Assembly: GCA_964016885.1 (NCBI GenBank)
Contig: OZ024742.1
Location: 221,340,001 to 221,404,000 of the forward strand
DNA length: 64,000 nt
Source of the DNA: Eledone cirrhosa
Taxonomy: Eukaryota
Direction: 5' to 3'
This document shows, in pieces, positions 1 to 11,852 of this stretch (positions are counted from its first letter, which is position 1; each line of letters opens with the position of its first letter). Below the pieces are notes generated by a model. The model was not told the DNA's origin, made no database searches, and was given only the letters and a program-made list of their open reading frames with translations. Position numbers and translations under genes: made by a program.

Positions 1-71
1 ATATATATATATATGTGCATATATATATATGTGCATATATATATATATATGTGCATATATATATATATATA

Positions 72-125
<54 letters not shown>

Positions 126-266
126 TATATATATATATGCATATATATATATATATATGCATATATATATATATATATATATGCATATATATATATATTA
201 TATATGCATATATATATATATATGCATATATATATATATATATATGCATATATATATATATATATA

Positions 267-312
<46 letters not shown>

Positions 313-333
313 TATATATATATATATATATAA

Positions 334-370
<37 letters not shown>

Positions 371-409
371 CATATATATAAATATATATATACATATATA
401 TATATATAT
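1..409. repeat. (AT)n microsatellite with ATGC/GT interruptions
   Basis: Seen directly in the sequence; abuts the RTE 3' tail. Confidence 0.97.
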
Positions 410-3400
410 CATCATCATCATCATCATCAACGTTTAACGTCCGTGTTCCACGCTTGCATGGGTTTGGACGGGGGTAGTCCCACTTGAGGCAAGAGTGATT
501 GTCTTGCTCGCATAGGACTGTCTGGCAGGTTTTCTACAGTTGGATGCCCTTCCTAACACCAACCACATTTACAGTGTGGGTCTGGGAGGTTTTTACCGTG
601 TTGCCTACACGGCCACATTACAGCGTGGACTGTGTGTTTTTTTGTCGTGACACCTACACGATCTCATTTGTTTCGGCCTCGATGGCGCGGCACCAACATA
701 ACTTTACATAGAACGGGGTGGTGTGGATGGGGTGGGGGTGGTGGTGGTGGGACGGGGTGTATTTTGTTAGAGATGCCTACTGGCTGGAGTAGGTTTTACT
801 ATATATTTAGGTAAGGCGGGTCTTCTCTGTTACTGAGTACCGCCAAAGGTCTCGGTCCAGTGACGTTGTCTTGGAGAGGTGTAAGTGTGTGATGTCGGAG
901 TTTATCAGCTCGTCCCAGGTTTTTCTAGGTCTGCCTCTTCCGTGACTACCGTCTATCTTTATTGCCCTGTACTTTGTTATACAGCTATCGACTTTCATGC
1001 GCATCACGTGTCCATACCAACGTAGCCTTCTCTCGAGTAAACAACATCTGATCCCTCTTATCTCTAATTTTTTCCTTAGTTCGTTTATGCTTTGCCGTTC
1101 ACGTATATTACTGTTACACATCCAGCGGAGCATGCAAGCTTCGTTCCTCTCTAGTCTGCGTATATCCTCTGCACACAATGCCCAGGTCTCACTGCCATGC
1201 AACATTGCTGTTCGTATGCAGGCATCGTACAACCTGCCTTTCATTTTTAGGGAGAACCCTTTAGCAGCTAATAGTGGTATAAGCTCTCTGAACTTTTTCC
1301 AACCAGTTCTGACTCTAGCTACAGTACTTTCAGAGCACCCTCCCCCACTGCTGATTTTATCGCCCAGGTAACGGAAGCTGTCCACTATTTCTATAGAACC
1401 CTCTGCGCAATTGAAAGAGCTAGTATTTTGTGGGCACTTGCTGCTACTTATTGCACCAGAACACCGGCCACATGTAAAATCTATGTTCTTAGTTAGCTTA
1501 CCTGTGATCCCACTACATCTTTTATGCACCCATACTTTGCATTTAGGACATAAAATGGAGTTTCTACCTACGCCTTTCCTACACACCGAGCACGACCATT
1601 TCCCAGAAGGGACCGCCGCCTTGTTTTCTTTCCTACAAACTAGTACTTTGGTCTTAGCCAGGTTAATTTTAAGTCCTTTTGACTCTAGGCCGTGCTTCCA
1701 TGTTTGGAATTTCTTCTCTAGCTCGGCCATTGATTCCGCTATGAGTGTCAGGTCGTCTGCGTATAGGAGTTCCCATGGGCAGCCTGTCTTGAACTCCTCT
1801 GTTATAGCCTGAAGGGCAATAATAAATAGTAGTGGACTGAGAACAGAGCCCTGATGGACGCCAACTTTTACGCTAAACTCTTCACTATATTCGTTGTTAA
1901 TTCTAACCTTGCTGACTGTTTCTTTATACATGGCTTGTATAGCCCTCACAAGCCATTCGTCAACGCCTAGTTTTCTAAGAGCCCACCAGATAATGGAGCG
2001 GGGGACTCTGTCGAAGGCTTTCTCCAAGTCGACAAAAGCTAAGTAGAGGGGTTTACCTTTAGCTAGGTACTTCTCCTGTAGTTGTCGTACTATGAAAAGA
2101 GCGTCTGTGGTACTTTTGCCTGACACAAACCCGAACTGCATTTCATCTAGGTCAATTCTCTCTCTGATTAGTTGCGCTATTACTTTTTCCGTGACCTTCA
2201 TGACCTGGTCGATTAATTTAATGCCTCTATAGTTACTCCTATCTAGGGCGTCTCCTTTACCCTTATAACAGTTAACGATGATGCTGCTATGCCAGTCCTT
2301 CGGAACAACCCCATTCTGTACGACTTGGTTAACTATGCGGGTGACCATGGTGTGTCCCACCGTGCCAGATGCCTTCAGCATCTCAGCAACTATTTCCGAA
2401 GGCCCAGCCGCCTTACCAGTCTTCATATCCTTGATTGCCTTACTTATTATACTCCCCTCGACTAACACTGCTGGTCCCTCTATTGGGTCGATATGGGGGA
2501 GACTGCCTTTCTCCCAATTATTCTCCTCATTTAGTAGCCTTTCATAGTGACACTTCCAAGCTACCTTCTTATCAGCGTCGGTGATGGCAAGTGTGCCATC
2601 GTCGTTTAGTACACACTTCTCCCTGACAATATCACGGTTTTCCTTGACGCATTGCCTAGCAATCCTGAACACCTCACGTTTTTGGTCATCGCGTTGTAGA
2701 ACATGCTTGAACTTTCTTTCCTCAGCTTCCCTTCTTGCTAAGTACACTTGTCTCCTAGCTTCCCTCCTGGCCACTTGATAGTCCTCTCTACTTCCCCCAT
2801 CCCGCCATACTTTCCAAGCCTGCTTTTTGGCCTTAATTGACCCCTCCACCTTACTGTTCCACCACCATGTTACTCTCCTCCTGCCTACAGGCCTGCTCCA
2901 GCCACAGACTTCGTCTGTCGCCAACAGCAGGTTTGCTTTCAGAAATTCCCACTCTCCCTCTATATTGTCCGACTCTAAATGCTCTTCCTTACTGTCGAAA
3001 GCATCAAGTAATATGCTTTGAAATTTATTCCTGGCTGTGGGGTCCTTTAGCTTCCATATTTTCCTCCTGAGGATAGTCCTCTTCTGTTGTCGAGTACGTC
3101 TCGTCCTGACTATGAGGTCGCTAATTATCAGTCTATGTTGGGAGGTGCATTCTTCATGGGGGAGGGATTTAGTGTTTACAACAGACACTCTGTCACGTCT
3201 TCTGGTAAGGATATAATCTACCTGGCTTGTGTGTTCCCCGGATCTATAGGTGATCAGGTGATTGTCACGTTTTTTGAAGTTAGTGTTACAGATAGTTAGG
3301 TTATTTGCATCACAGAATTCCAGGATTCTGGAGCCTTCCTCATTTCTAGTACCAAACCCATAGCCTCCATGGATTTCGTCGTAGCCGTCACAATGTTGTC

Positions 3401-3690
3401 CAACGTGACCATTTAGGTCGCCTGCGATAATTATATAGTCACTGTCGGATATTTGGGAGGTAGTTAGCATCAGTGTCTCATAGAATCTGTCTTTTATAGT
3501 GTCGGGCAGTCCGGATTGGGGTGCGTACGCAGATATTACTGTCACCGTAGTTCTATTGAGGACAAGTCGTATTTTAATTATTCTGTCGTTCACTCTATTT
3601 ACGTCTATTATCTTATCTGCCCACTTTTCTGCTACCATGATTCCTACTCCACCCAGCCCATCGTCGTTTCCCACCCAGAAAAGCTTATAA
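410..3690 (-). mobile_element. RTE-clade LINE, family A, 5'-truncated inside the APE domain; about 400-bp 3' UTR and (ATG)n tail
   Basis: APE motifs (SAYAP, AGDLNGH, QVDYIL, SQHRL); RT motifs (FVDLEKAFD, GVHQGSVLSP, LYADD); RTE C-terminus (LRWYGHV, GRPRKTW); (CAT)n at 410-428. Confidence 0.95.
807..3674 (-). CDS. LINE ORF: AP endonuclease (N-truncated) + reverse transcriptase + PHD-like finger
   Basis: Uninterrupted 955-aa ORF; reading frame stays open to about 3690 (YKLFWVG). Confidence 0.9.
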   Translation of the reverse strand: MGNDDGLGGVGIMVAEKWADKIIDVNRVNDRIIKIRLVLNRTTVTVISAYAPQSGLPDTIKDRFYETLMLTTSQISDSDYIIIAGDLNGHVGQHCDGYDEIHGGYGFGTRNEEGSRILEFCDANNLTICNTNFKKRDNHLITYRSGEHTSQVDYILTRRRDRVSVVNTKSLPHEECTSQHRLIISDLIVRTRRTRQQKRTILRRKIWKLKDPTARNKFQSILLDAFDSKEEHLESDNIEGEWEFLKANLLLATDEVCGWSRPVGRRRVTWWWNSKVEGSIKAKKQAWKVWRDGGSREDYQVARREARRQVYLARREAEERKFKHVLQRDDQKREVFRIARQCVKENRDIVREKCVLNDDGTLAITDADKKVAWKCHYERLLNEENNWEKGSLPHIDPIEGPAVLVEGSIISKAIKDMKTGKAAGPSEIVAEMLKASGTVGHTMVTRIVNQVVQNGVVPKDWHSSIIVNCYKGKGDALDRSNYRGIKLIDQVMKVTEKVIAQLIRERIDLDEMQFGFVSGKSTTDALFIVRQLQEKYLAKGKPLYLAFVDLEKAFDRVPRSIIWWALRKLGVDEWLVRAIQAMYKETVSKVRINNEYSEEFSVKVGVHQGSVLSPLLFIIALQAITEEFKTGCPWELLYADDLTLIAESMAELEKKFQTWKHGLESKGLKINLAKTKVLVCRKENKAAVPSGKWSCSVCRKGVGRNSILCPKCKVWVHKRCSGITGKLTKNIDFTCGRCSGAISSSKCPQNTSSFNCAEGSIEIVDSFRYLGDKISSGGGCSESTVARVRTGWKKFRELIPLLAAKGFSLKMKGRLYDACIRTAMLHGSETWALCAEDIRRLERNEACMLRWMCNSNIRERQSINELRKKLEIRGIRCCLLERRLRWYGHVMRMKVDSCITKYRAIKIDGSHGRGRPRKTWDELINSDITHLHLSKTTSLDRDLWRYSVTEKTRLT

Positions 3691-5309
3691 CATCGTTTTA
3701 TAGGAGAGTGGTATTAGACCAGAACAATAACATCAGTAACAAACTAACTAGATAGTGAATAATTAAAACAATAACATCAATACAAGTAAGAAATAGTGAT
3801 AAAATAAGCATGGTAAACAAACAGATATGATACAGATGTATTAAGTGACATGCAAAATCTACCATAGGGTATATTAGAGGTAGTAGTCAAGGGATGAGTT
3901 AGATGAAGGGATAAATAATAAAATGTACTTAGAGTCGGGTTTTGGAATCTACACTTTAAGTGCAATTATGAGAGATTTAGATACAAGTGAGTTGTGGGTC
4001 TGACACCCTACCAACAATAAAACGGGGATTGATTTATGGTTTAACAGATAAGCGCTTGTGTTAGGTATTTTCTTCTGTTGTCTCAACTTAGTGAGATTGA
4101 TGGAGGGAGTGTATATAGATTTTTATGGTTTATTGGTAGCTGGTATTAAGAGAAATTGTGGATTCAGTATGTTATTCTAAATTTTAGGATTGCTCGTTCG
4201 AATCATGGGGGTTTAGTTTTCGCAACATCAATAACAAAATAGTGTATAATTAAGACAATAACATCAACAATAAAACATGCATGGTAAATAGATAGAGAAC
4301 ATGGTGAATATATTTAAGGATAGGGTGCATTGAGATGATAATAATAATAAGAAGAAGACCACACAATTATATCTACATATATCATATTAACACCCATGAT
4401 CTCTAACAGATGAACTTAATTCTAAGTACATTATCTTGCGATCTGAGTTCAAATCCCGCCGAGGTTAACTTTGCCTTTCATCCTTACAGGGTCAATAAAA
4501 TAAAGTACCAGTAATGTACTGGTAATTGCCGGCCTTGTGCCAAATGTAGAAACAATTATCTTATTACTCTTACTCTCCTTTGAAACTGTTCTTCTTGTTA
4601 TTATTATCATCTCAATGCACCCTATCCTTAAATTTGAACTCAGAATATAAAGGGCCGTAACTCTATGCGGAGCAGGGTGTCTGAGGTTCCACAGATTCTA
4701 CCAATTCACCGCCATTATTTACCAAAATAATGCGGCCATTGCATGGCTTAGGGAATTGACAACTCATCCAAACCATTTTTTTAACCTCCTCTCTTACATT
4801 ATCTGAAATAGAAGACAATTTCTGCACATGATTTTCAATGTTGGCTATCTCACATGACCTATTGGACACAACTACAGTTTAGTGCCCCACACCTTCCAAA
4901 TTTGTTTCCTCATAACTTTCTTCAAATACCAGCTTAATAATGATAAAGTTAATTATTTTACTAAAACCCCTGTAAATTCTTGATTATTTTCCGATCATAT
5001 TTGGAAATCATAGGCTGTGTTCTTTCATTGGAAATCATCATCGTTTTTACGTCCGTTTTTCCACACTTGCATGGGTTGGACGGATCCTTCTCAGCACATC
5101 TCTCCCCTCGCCGTGTTTCTTTGTCATCTTCTCTGTGAGTCTCAGCAATTTGAGGTCAGCTTTCACCACCTCTGCCCAGATCTTTTATGGTCAAGAGTTA
5201 ACTAAAGCTACATCAGTCTTCAGTGTGACTATCGCTAAACAACAACCAAACAAAAAAAACAACAACAAAATTACATGAAGGAAGTCATTATTGATTATTC
5301 AAAATATTT

Positions 5310-5315
5310 TTTATT
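5310..5315 (-). promoter_or_regulatory. Candidate polyadenylation signal AATAAA for WASHC5
   Basis: tttatt on the + strand about 140 nt downstream of the stop codon; the region is AT-rich, so this may be a chance match. Confidence 0.35.
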
Positions 5316-5450
5316 TTTATATTTTTAATAAAAATTTTAACAAATTTTCAAAAATTAACAAATGGAAAAATTTTGGGTGTGGTTGTATCCGTAAAAGTTT
5401 GGAATACTGCAGACCAACACCAGGATTATAACAGCAGCAATACAGTAGCA

Positions 5451-5513
5451 TCAGTTTGGTAATTGGGAACGGAATTCATCAAATATGTAGCCAGGTATGT
5501 TACTTTCTACAGT
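5451..5513 (-). CDS. WASHC5: Strumpellin terminal coding exon TVESNIPGYIFDEFRSQLPN*
   Basis: tttcag| acceptor; conserved IFDEFR C-terminal motif; TGA at 5451-5453. Confidence 0.93.
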   Translation of the reverse strand, partial: TVESNIPGYIFDEFRSQLPN

Positions 5514-7354
5514 CTGAAAAGGAACAGAAATGAAACAAATTTAGCACTTAATCTTGTCACAGACATTATTTTCTCATCCCCCAAATGATGATCATAGTGG
5601 ATCTTTCATCACTTCTTCCAACGCATCTCCCTCACCATCCTCCAAGGAAACACCTTTTCTATTCTGTCCACTAGGGCTGCGGGGTGACGAGTGAGCGGGC
5701 TCTCATTTGCTCATAATAGTGAGAGATGGGGAGAGAGACAGAGGCAGTGAGTATACCAGCATTGCTGAAGTATTTTGTAGAGTCAAAGATCAGTTGTCTA
5801 TATTTCTCTAAACTATGATAATAAACAGTTGCATTTTTTTTTCTTTCAACAATGAACAACTTGACTTGTAAATTAACATCTATGAAGTTAAGTATTCCAC
5901 AAGCATGTGTACTCTTAATGTAATTCTCAGGGAGAGTCAGCATGATCTATTTTTTGTTGAACTGCTAATTTACAGGATATATATATATGGTGGTGGCTTT
6001 TGGAAAATTCGTAAATTTATTAGGTGGTCTCCATTAATTTTTGAGACCCCCAACCCATCCTATTTATTTTATAAAGTATGGGATTTATAATAATGTACTT
6101 TTTTTTTGTTATGTATAATGTTTTTTAATGTATAAAGAGAATGAATTGTCGCAGGAATGTCACCACTTAAAATAAAACTTCGCTGGAGATAGATTAGCAA
6201 AATTTAAGCAGGGAGATTGGAAAAAATCTGAAAAATTAATAAGCAGAGGGGTGACGATTATTCGAGACCTGAGAGTACAATCCCTTCAAAAGTGCTTCCA
6301 AACAGTTACCATCTATCCAATTTCACTCACAAGGCTAGGGGGTATAACCTGAGACTATGGTAAAAACACTTGCTCAAAATGGCAGGCAGTGGGATTAAAC
6401 CTAAGGCCTAATGAGTGTGAAGCAAACTTCTTAATCACTCAGACATCATCGATTAACGTCTATCTTCCACGCTAACATGGATTAGATGGGTTTGTCCCAT
6501 CTAGAAGCAAGTTGGGTCAGGTGACCATGTCTTGCTCAATACTACAATATTGGAGGAGCTACAAAATATTCTTTATGTTTCATAATCACCATTATATTCT
6601 ACTACATGTTTCCTTATTTTGGTATCACTTACTTTCAGGTTTGGATAATAACCCCCCCCCCCCCCCCCCCTACTTTCTCCACTTATTATATTTGGCTAAT
6701 CTATCTCCTGGAAAATTTTATTATGATTCATATTGATACAGCCGCTGGAGAATCTAATAATTTTATTTTACATAAAAAAACCCATTATATACGACAAAAA
6801 AAAGAACATTACAAGAAATCCCATATTTACAAACATACACTATACAATTACCGATTCCCACCAACCCTTGCTTATAAGAATTTAAGCAAATGTTCATCTT
6901 CCACCCCCACTTATTCAACTCCTCCTATTATTTGGGACCCGAAAATAGACTGTCTTCTAAACACCACCATCATTATCATTTTGGGTCCACTTTCTATGTT
7001 GGTATGGATGTGACAGGTTGTCAATGTTTGAGATTAGATGTGTCATGCTAGCATGGGTTGGACAAGTTGCTTAGCTTCCCCTCGCTCTTGTGTTTATCAT
7101 CAACTGCTTTACAGAGTGTACTGGGTGTATTTTATGACAGCACCAGCACTAGACAGGTTGCTTTGGCCCTCTAAACCCTACATGAGCTCAGGTTAGTTAC
7201 TACCACTTTACAGAGTGTACTGAGTGTATCTTATCATAGCACCAACACTAGACAGGTTGCTGGACCTTCTAAACCCTACATAAGTTCAGGTCAGTCACTA
7301 CCACTTGACAGAGTGTACTGGGTGTATTTAAATGATTCGATATATGACTCTCAC

Positions 7355-7442
7355 CTTTCGTGTTAAGTCTCCATAGTAAAGGAAATCTTCAACAAATACC
7401 AAAGCATTGAGAACATCATTTGACACATCATGGTTTTTTGTG
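7355..7442 (-). CDS. WASHC5: Strumpellin exon TKNHDVSNDVLNALVFVEDFLYYGDLTRK
   Basis: cttcag| acceptor, AAG|gtgag donor; 88 nt. Confidence 0.92.
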
Positions 7443-7519
7443 CTGAAGAGAAAAATATCAAAACAAGGGGAGAAGTTTGAAGATATTAATGGTAAGAATA
7501 ACAGTAAAAAAGAATTTGA

Positions 7520-7550
<31 letters not shown>

Positions 7551-9278
7551 TAACAAAAACAAATAAGAAACTGGCAGATAAGTAACAAAGTGGTACTTTA
7601 GAAATGGCTACAGGTATGGCTGTGTGGTAAAGAAGTTCTTTTTGCAACCACCGGTTTCTGGATTTGATGCCATAGCAGTGATGTATGTTATGTTATGTGT
7701 GTGTATATAATGCCTATATATTTTATTGTTTGGTTCTCTCTCTCTCTATATATACATATGTACTTTTGAGTCCTGAATAATCGGTAATTTTTCTAGATTG
7801 TCTCCCTTGATTTAAAAAAAACAACAGAATTAGTCATTTAGTTTACATATTGAGACCCCCAATGCATTCTATTTATTTTATTTATTTTATAACATATTGG
7901 ATTTCTTGTAATGTACTTTTTTGGTCATGTCTAATGTTTTTTAATGTATAAAGAAAATTAATTGTTGCAGGAATGCTACCACTTAAAATAAAATTTTGCC
8001 GGAGATAGATTAGCAAAATTTAATAAGTGTGGTTTGGAATGAGAGTGGAAGGGTTGGAAAAAATCTGAAAAATTGATAAATGGGACACACACACATACAC
8101 ATACACAATTATTCGAGACCCAAGAATATATATACCATTTTTCTTTTTACTGGTTTTAGCCATTAGACTGTGACCATGCTGGAGTACTGCATTATAAGTC
8201 AATTTTATCAATCTATTTTTGTCGAACTGCTAAGTTACAAGATATAATCACAGACATAAATGTAAACACACACACATATATAATAGGCTTCAGCAATCTC
8301 TGACTACCAAATTCCACTCACAAGACATTGGTTAATTAGTAGCTATAGTAAAAGACACCCAAATTACCACATAGCAGGATTGAACATAGAAACTCATGGT
8401 TACAAAATGAACTGCTTAACCACATGGTTGTGCCTTCTTCTTCGCCCACTTATTCCTGAGAGGGTTATGGGGGCAGAGTCCTTAAACACTCCTTCCAGAA
8501 AGTCCTGTCAGGAGCAACTGCCTCCAAATGATCTAGCTGGATCCTCAAGCGAGACCATCCAAGCTTATGGATGTTATCCAACCATCTTGCTTGGAGTCTA
8601 CCCCTGGGTCTCCTGCTGGTTGGTTTTGCTTATAAAATCTGTCCAGTGAGAGATTCTAACCACATACCCATAGAATCGGAGCTATGCCTTTGTGGTTAAT
8701 ATATATAACAAAGTAGGTCCACTTCAGTCATGCTTGGCTATGGGTTTTCAACTGGAAAGTTTCTTTTCAATGTGCAAGGCTAGGCAAGACCCAAATTTGC
8801 CCATGAATGCCAGTCTCCCCACTCCATGTCACTAATGTTATCCAAGGGAAAAGTTAGGGCTGAGACAGTTTGGCACCAGGCATACCGCAATTAATTTTTT
8901 CCAATTGAGTGGACTTGAGGAATATGAAATAAAGTGTCTTGTTCAAGGATGCAATGCACCACCAGGTCCTGGAATCAAACTCACAACCTTTCAATCATAA
9001 CACCTTAATTACTCAGCAATGAATGTCCTGGCTTGCAATGTTAAAAATTTCCTCAAAATCAAATTTATGAGGCTGGATGCCCTTCCTAGAGCAAACCTTT
9101 TTTAGATACCTCTTACAACACACAGGGATATGGTGTAACTATTCTAAATTGGATATACACAGGGATATGGTGTACCTATTCTAAACAGGATGCACACAGG
9201 GATACAGTGTACCTATTCTAAAGCCGAAGAAACAAAAACCTTACAACAAGTACTCTATGGTGTATATATTTGACTTAC

Positions 9279-9435
9279 GTATTGACTATCTCAAACAGAG
9301 ACCGTATATACTGGCCCATCAGTACCATAAATAAGTCTGTGTTGTCTGAATGGTATTGTTTCAGTAATGTGATCACTCCTACAATAAAAGGTGGAGCATC
9401 TAAGGGGTCAGCTGTTTTCTTACAGATTATGGTCC
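9279..9435 (-). CDS. WASHC5: Strumpellin exon TIICKKTADPLDAPPFIVGVITLLKQYH...
   Basis: tttcag| acceptor, AC|gtaag donor; 157 nt. Confidence 0.93.
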
Positions 9436-10229
9436 CTGAAAAGATAAAAATGATAGAAAAGCTCCATTAAAATAGGAGATAAATGCAGTACTTATGACTC
9501 TTTCTCAGGGGACCCTAAAACAGATGGGAGAGAGGGAGTTCAAAATACAATAAAATACTGACCACATAGGTAGATATGATAGTTAGTAGTACAAAATACA
9601 GTCAAACACTGACCACATAGATAGATATAATATTTCATAGAGTCTTACACATGTAATATAATGAGTTGAAAAAGTTCCATGAACTCAGATTATGCAAGCA
9701 ATCAGGACACAGAAACTCCCTCTAGGTAGTGTATAACATCAGATCCCTGGCCTGCTTGGGAAATCAGTGGCTCTGCTTCAGTATAGACTTGGTCTATGTA
9801 GACCTGTCCAACCCTTTCTAGCAGGGTAAGCGGACGTTAAAACAATGATGATGATTACAGAGGGCTCTATCAGACAAAGACCATTAAACATTTGTGTTGT
9901 ATAGACCCGTAACTCACATTGGAGGCATTTTAAGCCTGGCAGAGCCCATCCCTCTGCAGGTCTGAACACAGCCAATTTTTTCCAGAGAAGGTGAGAGAGA
10001 GAAGGAGAAAGACAGGGGAAGTGGGAAAGAGATATAGAGGAAGAATTGACTCTAGGATTGAACTGGTAGACTGGTACTTTATTGGCCTCGAAAGGATGAA
10101 AGGCAAAGTTGACCTTGGTGGAATTTCAAGTCAGAGTGCAGAGAGGTAGAATATGTACTGCAAAAGCATTCTATCCAACATTCCCAGTTCACTGTCAATA
10201 CAAGCTTAATCCCCACCCCAATAGAAACA

Positions 10230-10450
10230 AAGATAATGCAGAGGAGAGGAAGACAAGCAAATACCGGAGCTTGTTCAATCACTGTTGAGACCTCAAGCAC
10301 CCTCTAACATTGGACAACTGACCTCCTCCGTAAAATTGGATCGATAGCATCCTGTCTGAAGAAGGAGCTTCATAAGGTTGGGTGGCTGTTGTAGCATGTG
10401 TTGCTGGCCATTGTCTGCAGAAATGCCTTTGCCATTTTGTCTCCAGAGCG
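10230..10450 (+). mobile_element. Possible degraded RLE-type (CRE-like) non-LTR C-terminal fragment
   Basis: Frameshifted translation AEERKTSKYRSL / ITVETS / LLRKIG / LLAIVCRNAFAIL resembles the AE.RK..KY..F.PIAVET.G...QRGNA..I motif. Confidence 0.4.
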
Positions 10451-10723
10451 CAGCCAAAAAACACCATTCTGACCTATGTGTAGAGTCTGTCCCGTCTGTC
10501 CCTTTCTTTCTTCCTTTGCCTAGTAGTCCTTGCTCTTCCCCTTCTTTTCCTCTCATTTATGGCATTTATAGCCCTTTCCAATATTGCTCCATTTTTCTGT
10601 ATGTTTAACCAAATAAAAACCAAAGATTTTGTTGGCAAAATTATCACCCTTTATTGGCCTTTCCAGTAAAGTCATTTCCATACAAACGTCTGCAGCCTCT
10701 AATAAACAAAATGGATAACTCAC

Positions 10724-10820
10724 CTATTGATTTATTGTAGGTTAGTTTTGGTAGATGGGATATGACTAACAGGAAGTTGAAAAGTGGGAAACATGTAACT
10801 CGTTTGGTTGTGATGTAAAT
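10724..10820 (-). CDS. WASHC5: Strumpellin exon IYITTKRVTCFPLFNFLLVISHLPKLTYNKSI
   Basis: caacag| acceptor, G|gtgag donor; 97 nt. Confidence 0.94.
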
Positions 10821-11224
10821 CTGTTGAAAAGAAGAAAATAATATAAGATATTTATGAGTGTGTGGTTAAGGGATTCTGGGTTCAGTCTTGCTGTGTGGTA
10901 CTATGGGATACTGTCTTCTGCTATAGCTTCAGTGGAATTTGGTAGACAGAAACTGCAAAAGCCCATCATATATCTATGTGTGTCCCCAAAGTTATCTGTG
11001 TCTATGTACTGTAACTTACAAGTTTGACAAAAAATAATTGATAAAATATGACTTTAAAAAATTAGTACTGGTATCAATATGATTAATTAAATCAAGACAT
11101 TGTTCAGCATGGCTACAATCTGATGACTGAAGCCAATGAAAAGGCAATAATATATGTCTCTGATAAGGCCAGAAATTTGTGTGTACATGAATCTTGGGCA
11201 AAGACAGAATGAATTTATAATAAT

Positions 11225-11405
11225 TGTTTCTACTTTTGGCACAAGGCCAGCAATTACCCAGTACATTACTGGTACTTTATTTTATCGACCTCGTAAGGAT
11301 GAAAGGCAAAGATAACCTCAACGGGATTTGAACTCAGACCGTAAAGGGACGTAACTATGCTGGAAAGCATGGCGTCCGACCCTCTACCGCTACTGCCAAT
11401 TCACC
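11225..11405 (-). mobile_element. tRNA-headed SINE family 1 (gcctttcatcct...gtcgataaaataaagtacc body), with 18-bp TSD
   Basis: A/B-box-like tggcagtagcggtaga / gagttcaaatccc; TSD gaatgaatttataataat at 11207-11224 and 11406-11423. Confidence 0.88.
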
Positions 11406-11415
11406 GAATGAATTT

Positions 11416-11852
11416 ATAATAATAATAATGAAATTATTGTGTACAGTGCTCAGGTGCACTACAACTCGTCAAAGGTGCATGTATAGTACATAGAATAATA
11501 TACAAATGTCAGGGAAGTGAATAGTGTATGAGTCATGATATACATGTGTGCTTGTGTATGGAGGAGGAATATTAGGTGTAGTGTTGGCGAATCTCAGGAA
11601 GCATGGAGGTTTTAAAGGATGCAGTGTCTTGACAGCTAACAACTGATGCAGGGAGTTTGTTCCATGCTTCAGCAACTCTGAGTGTGAAAAAATGTTTCCG
11701 AAAGTCATCGGAGCTGCGCTGTTTTCTGACTTTGTGGACATGCCCACGTGTGTTAGACACATGGAAATGAAAAAGATACTCAGGGTTGTTGTTGGCAAGA
11801 TGGTTAATAATTTTGTGGGTGTTTACCAAGTCAATTGCCAGACGTCGGAGAT
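11416..11852 (-). mobile_element. Shorter copy of the same CR1-like LINE 3' end
   Basis: Highly similar to 16884-17270; (ATT)n tail. Confidence 0.85.

Noticed and set aside
13-487. Ile/Tyr-rich ORFs
   Set aside because: They are translations of the (AT)n microsatellite.
997-3690. Plus-strand ORFs overlapping the LINE (and minus-strand ORFs at 61397-63829)
   Set aside because: They are antisense shadows of the RT ORF.
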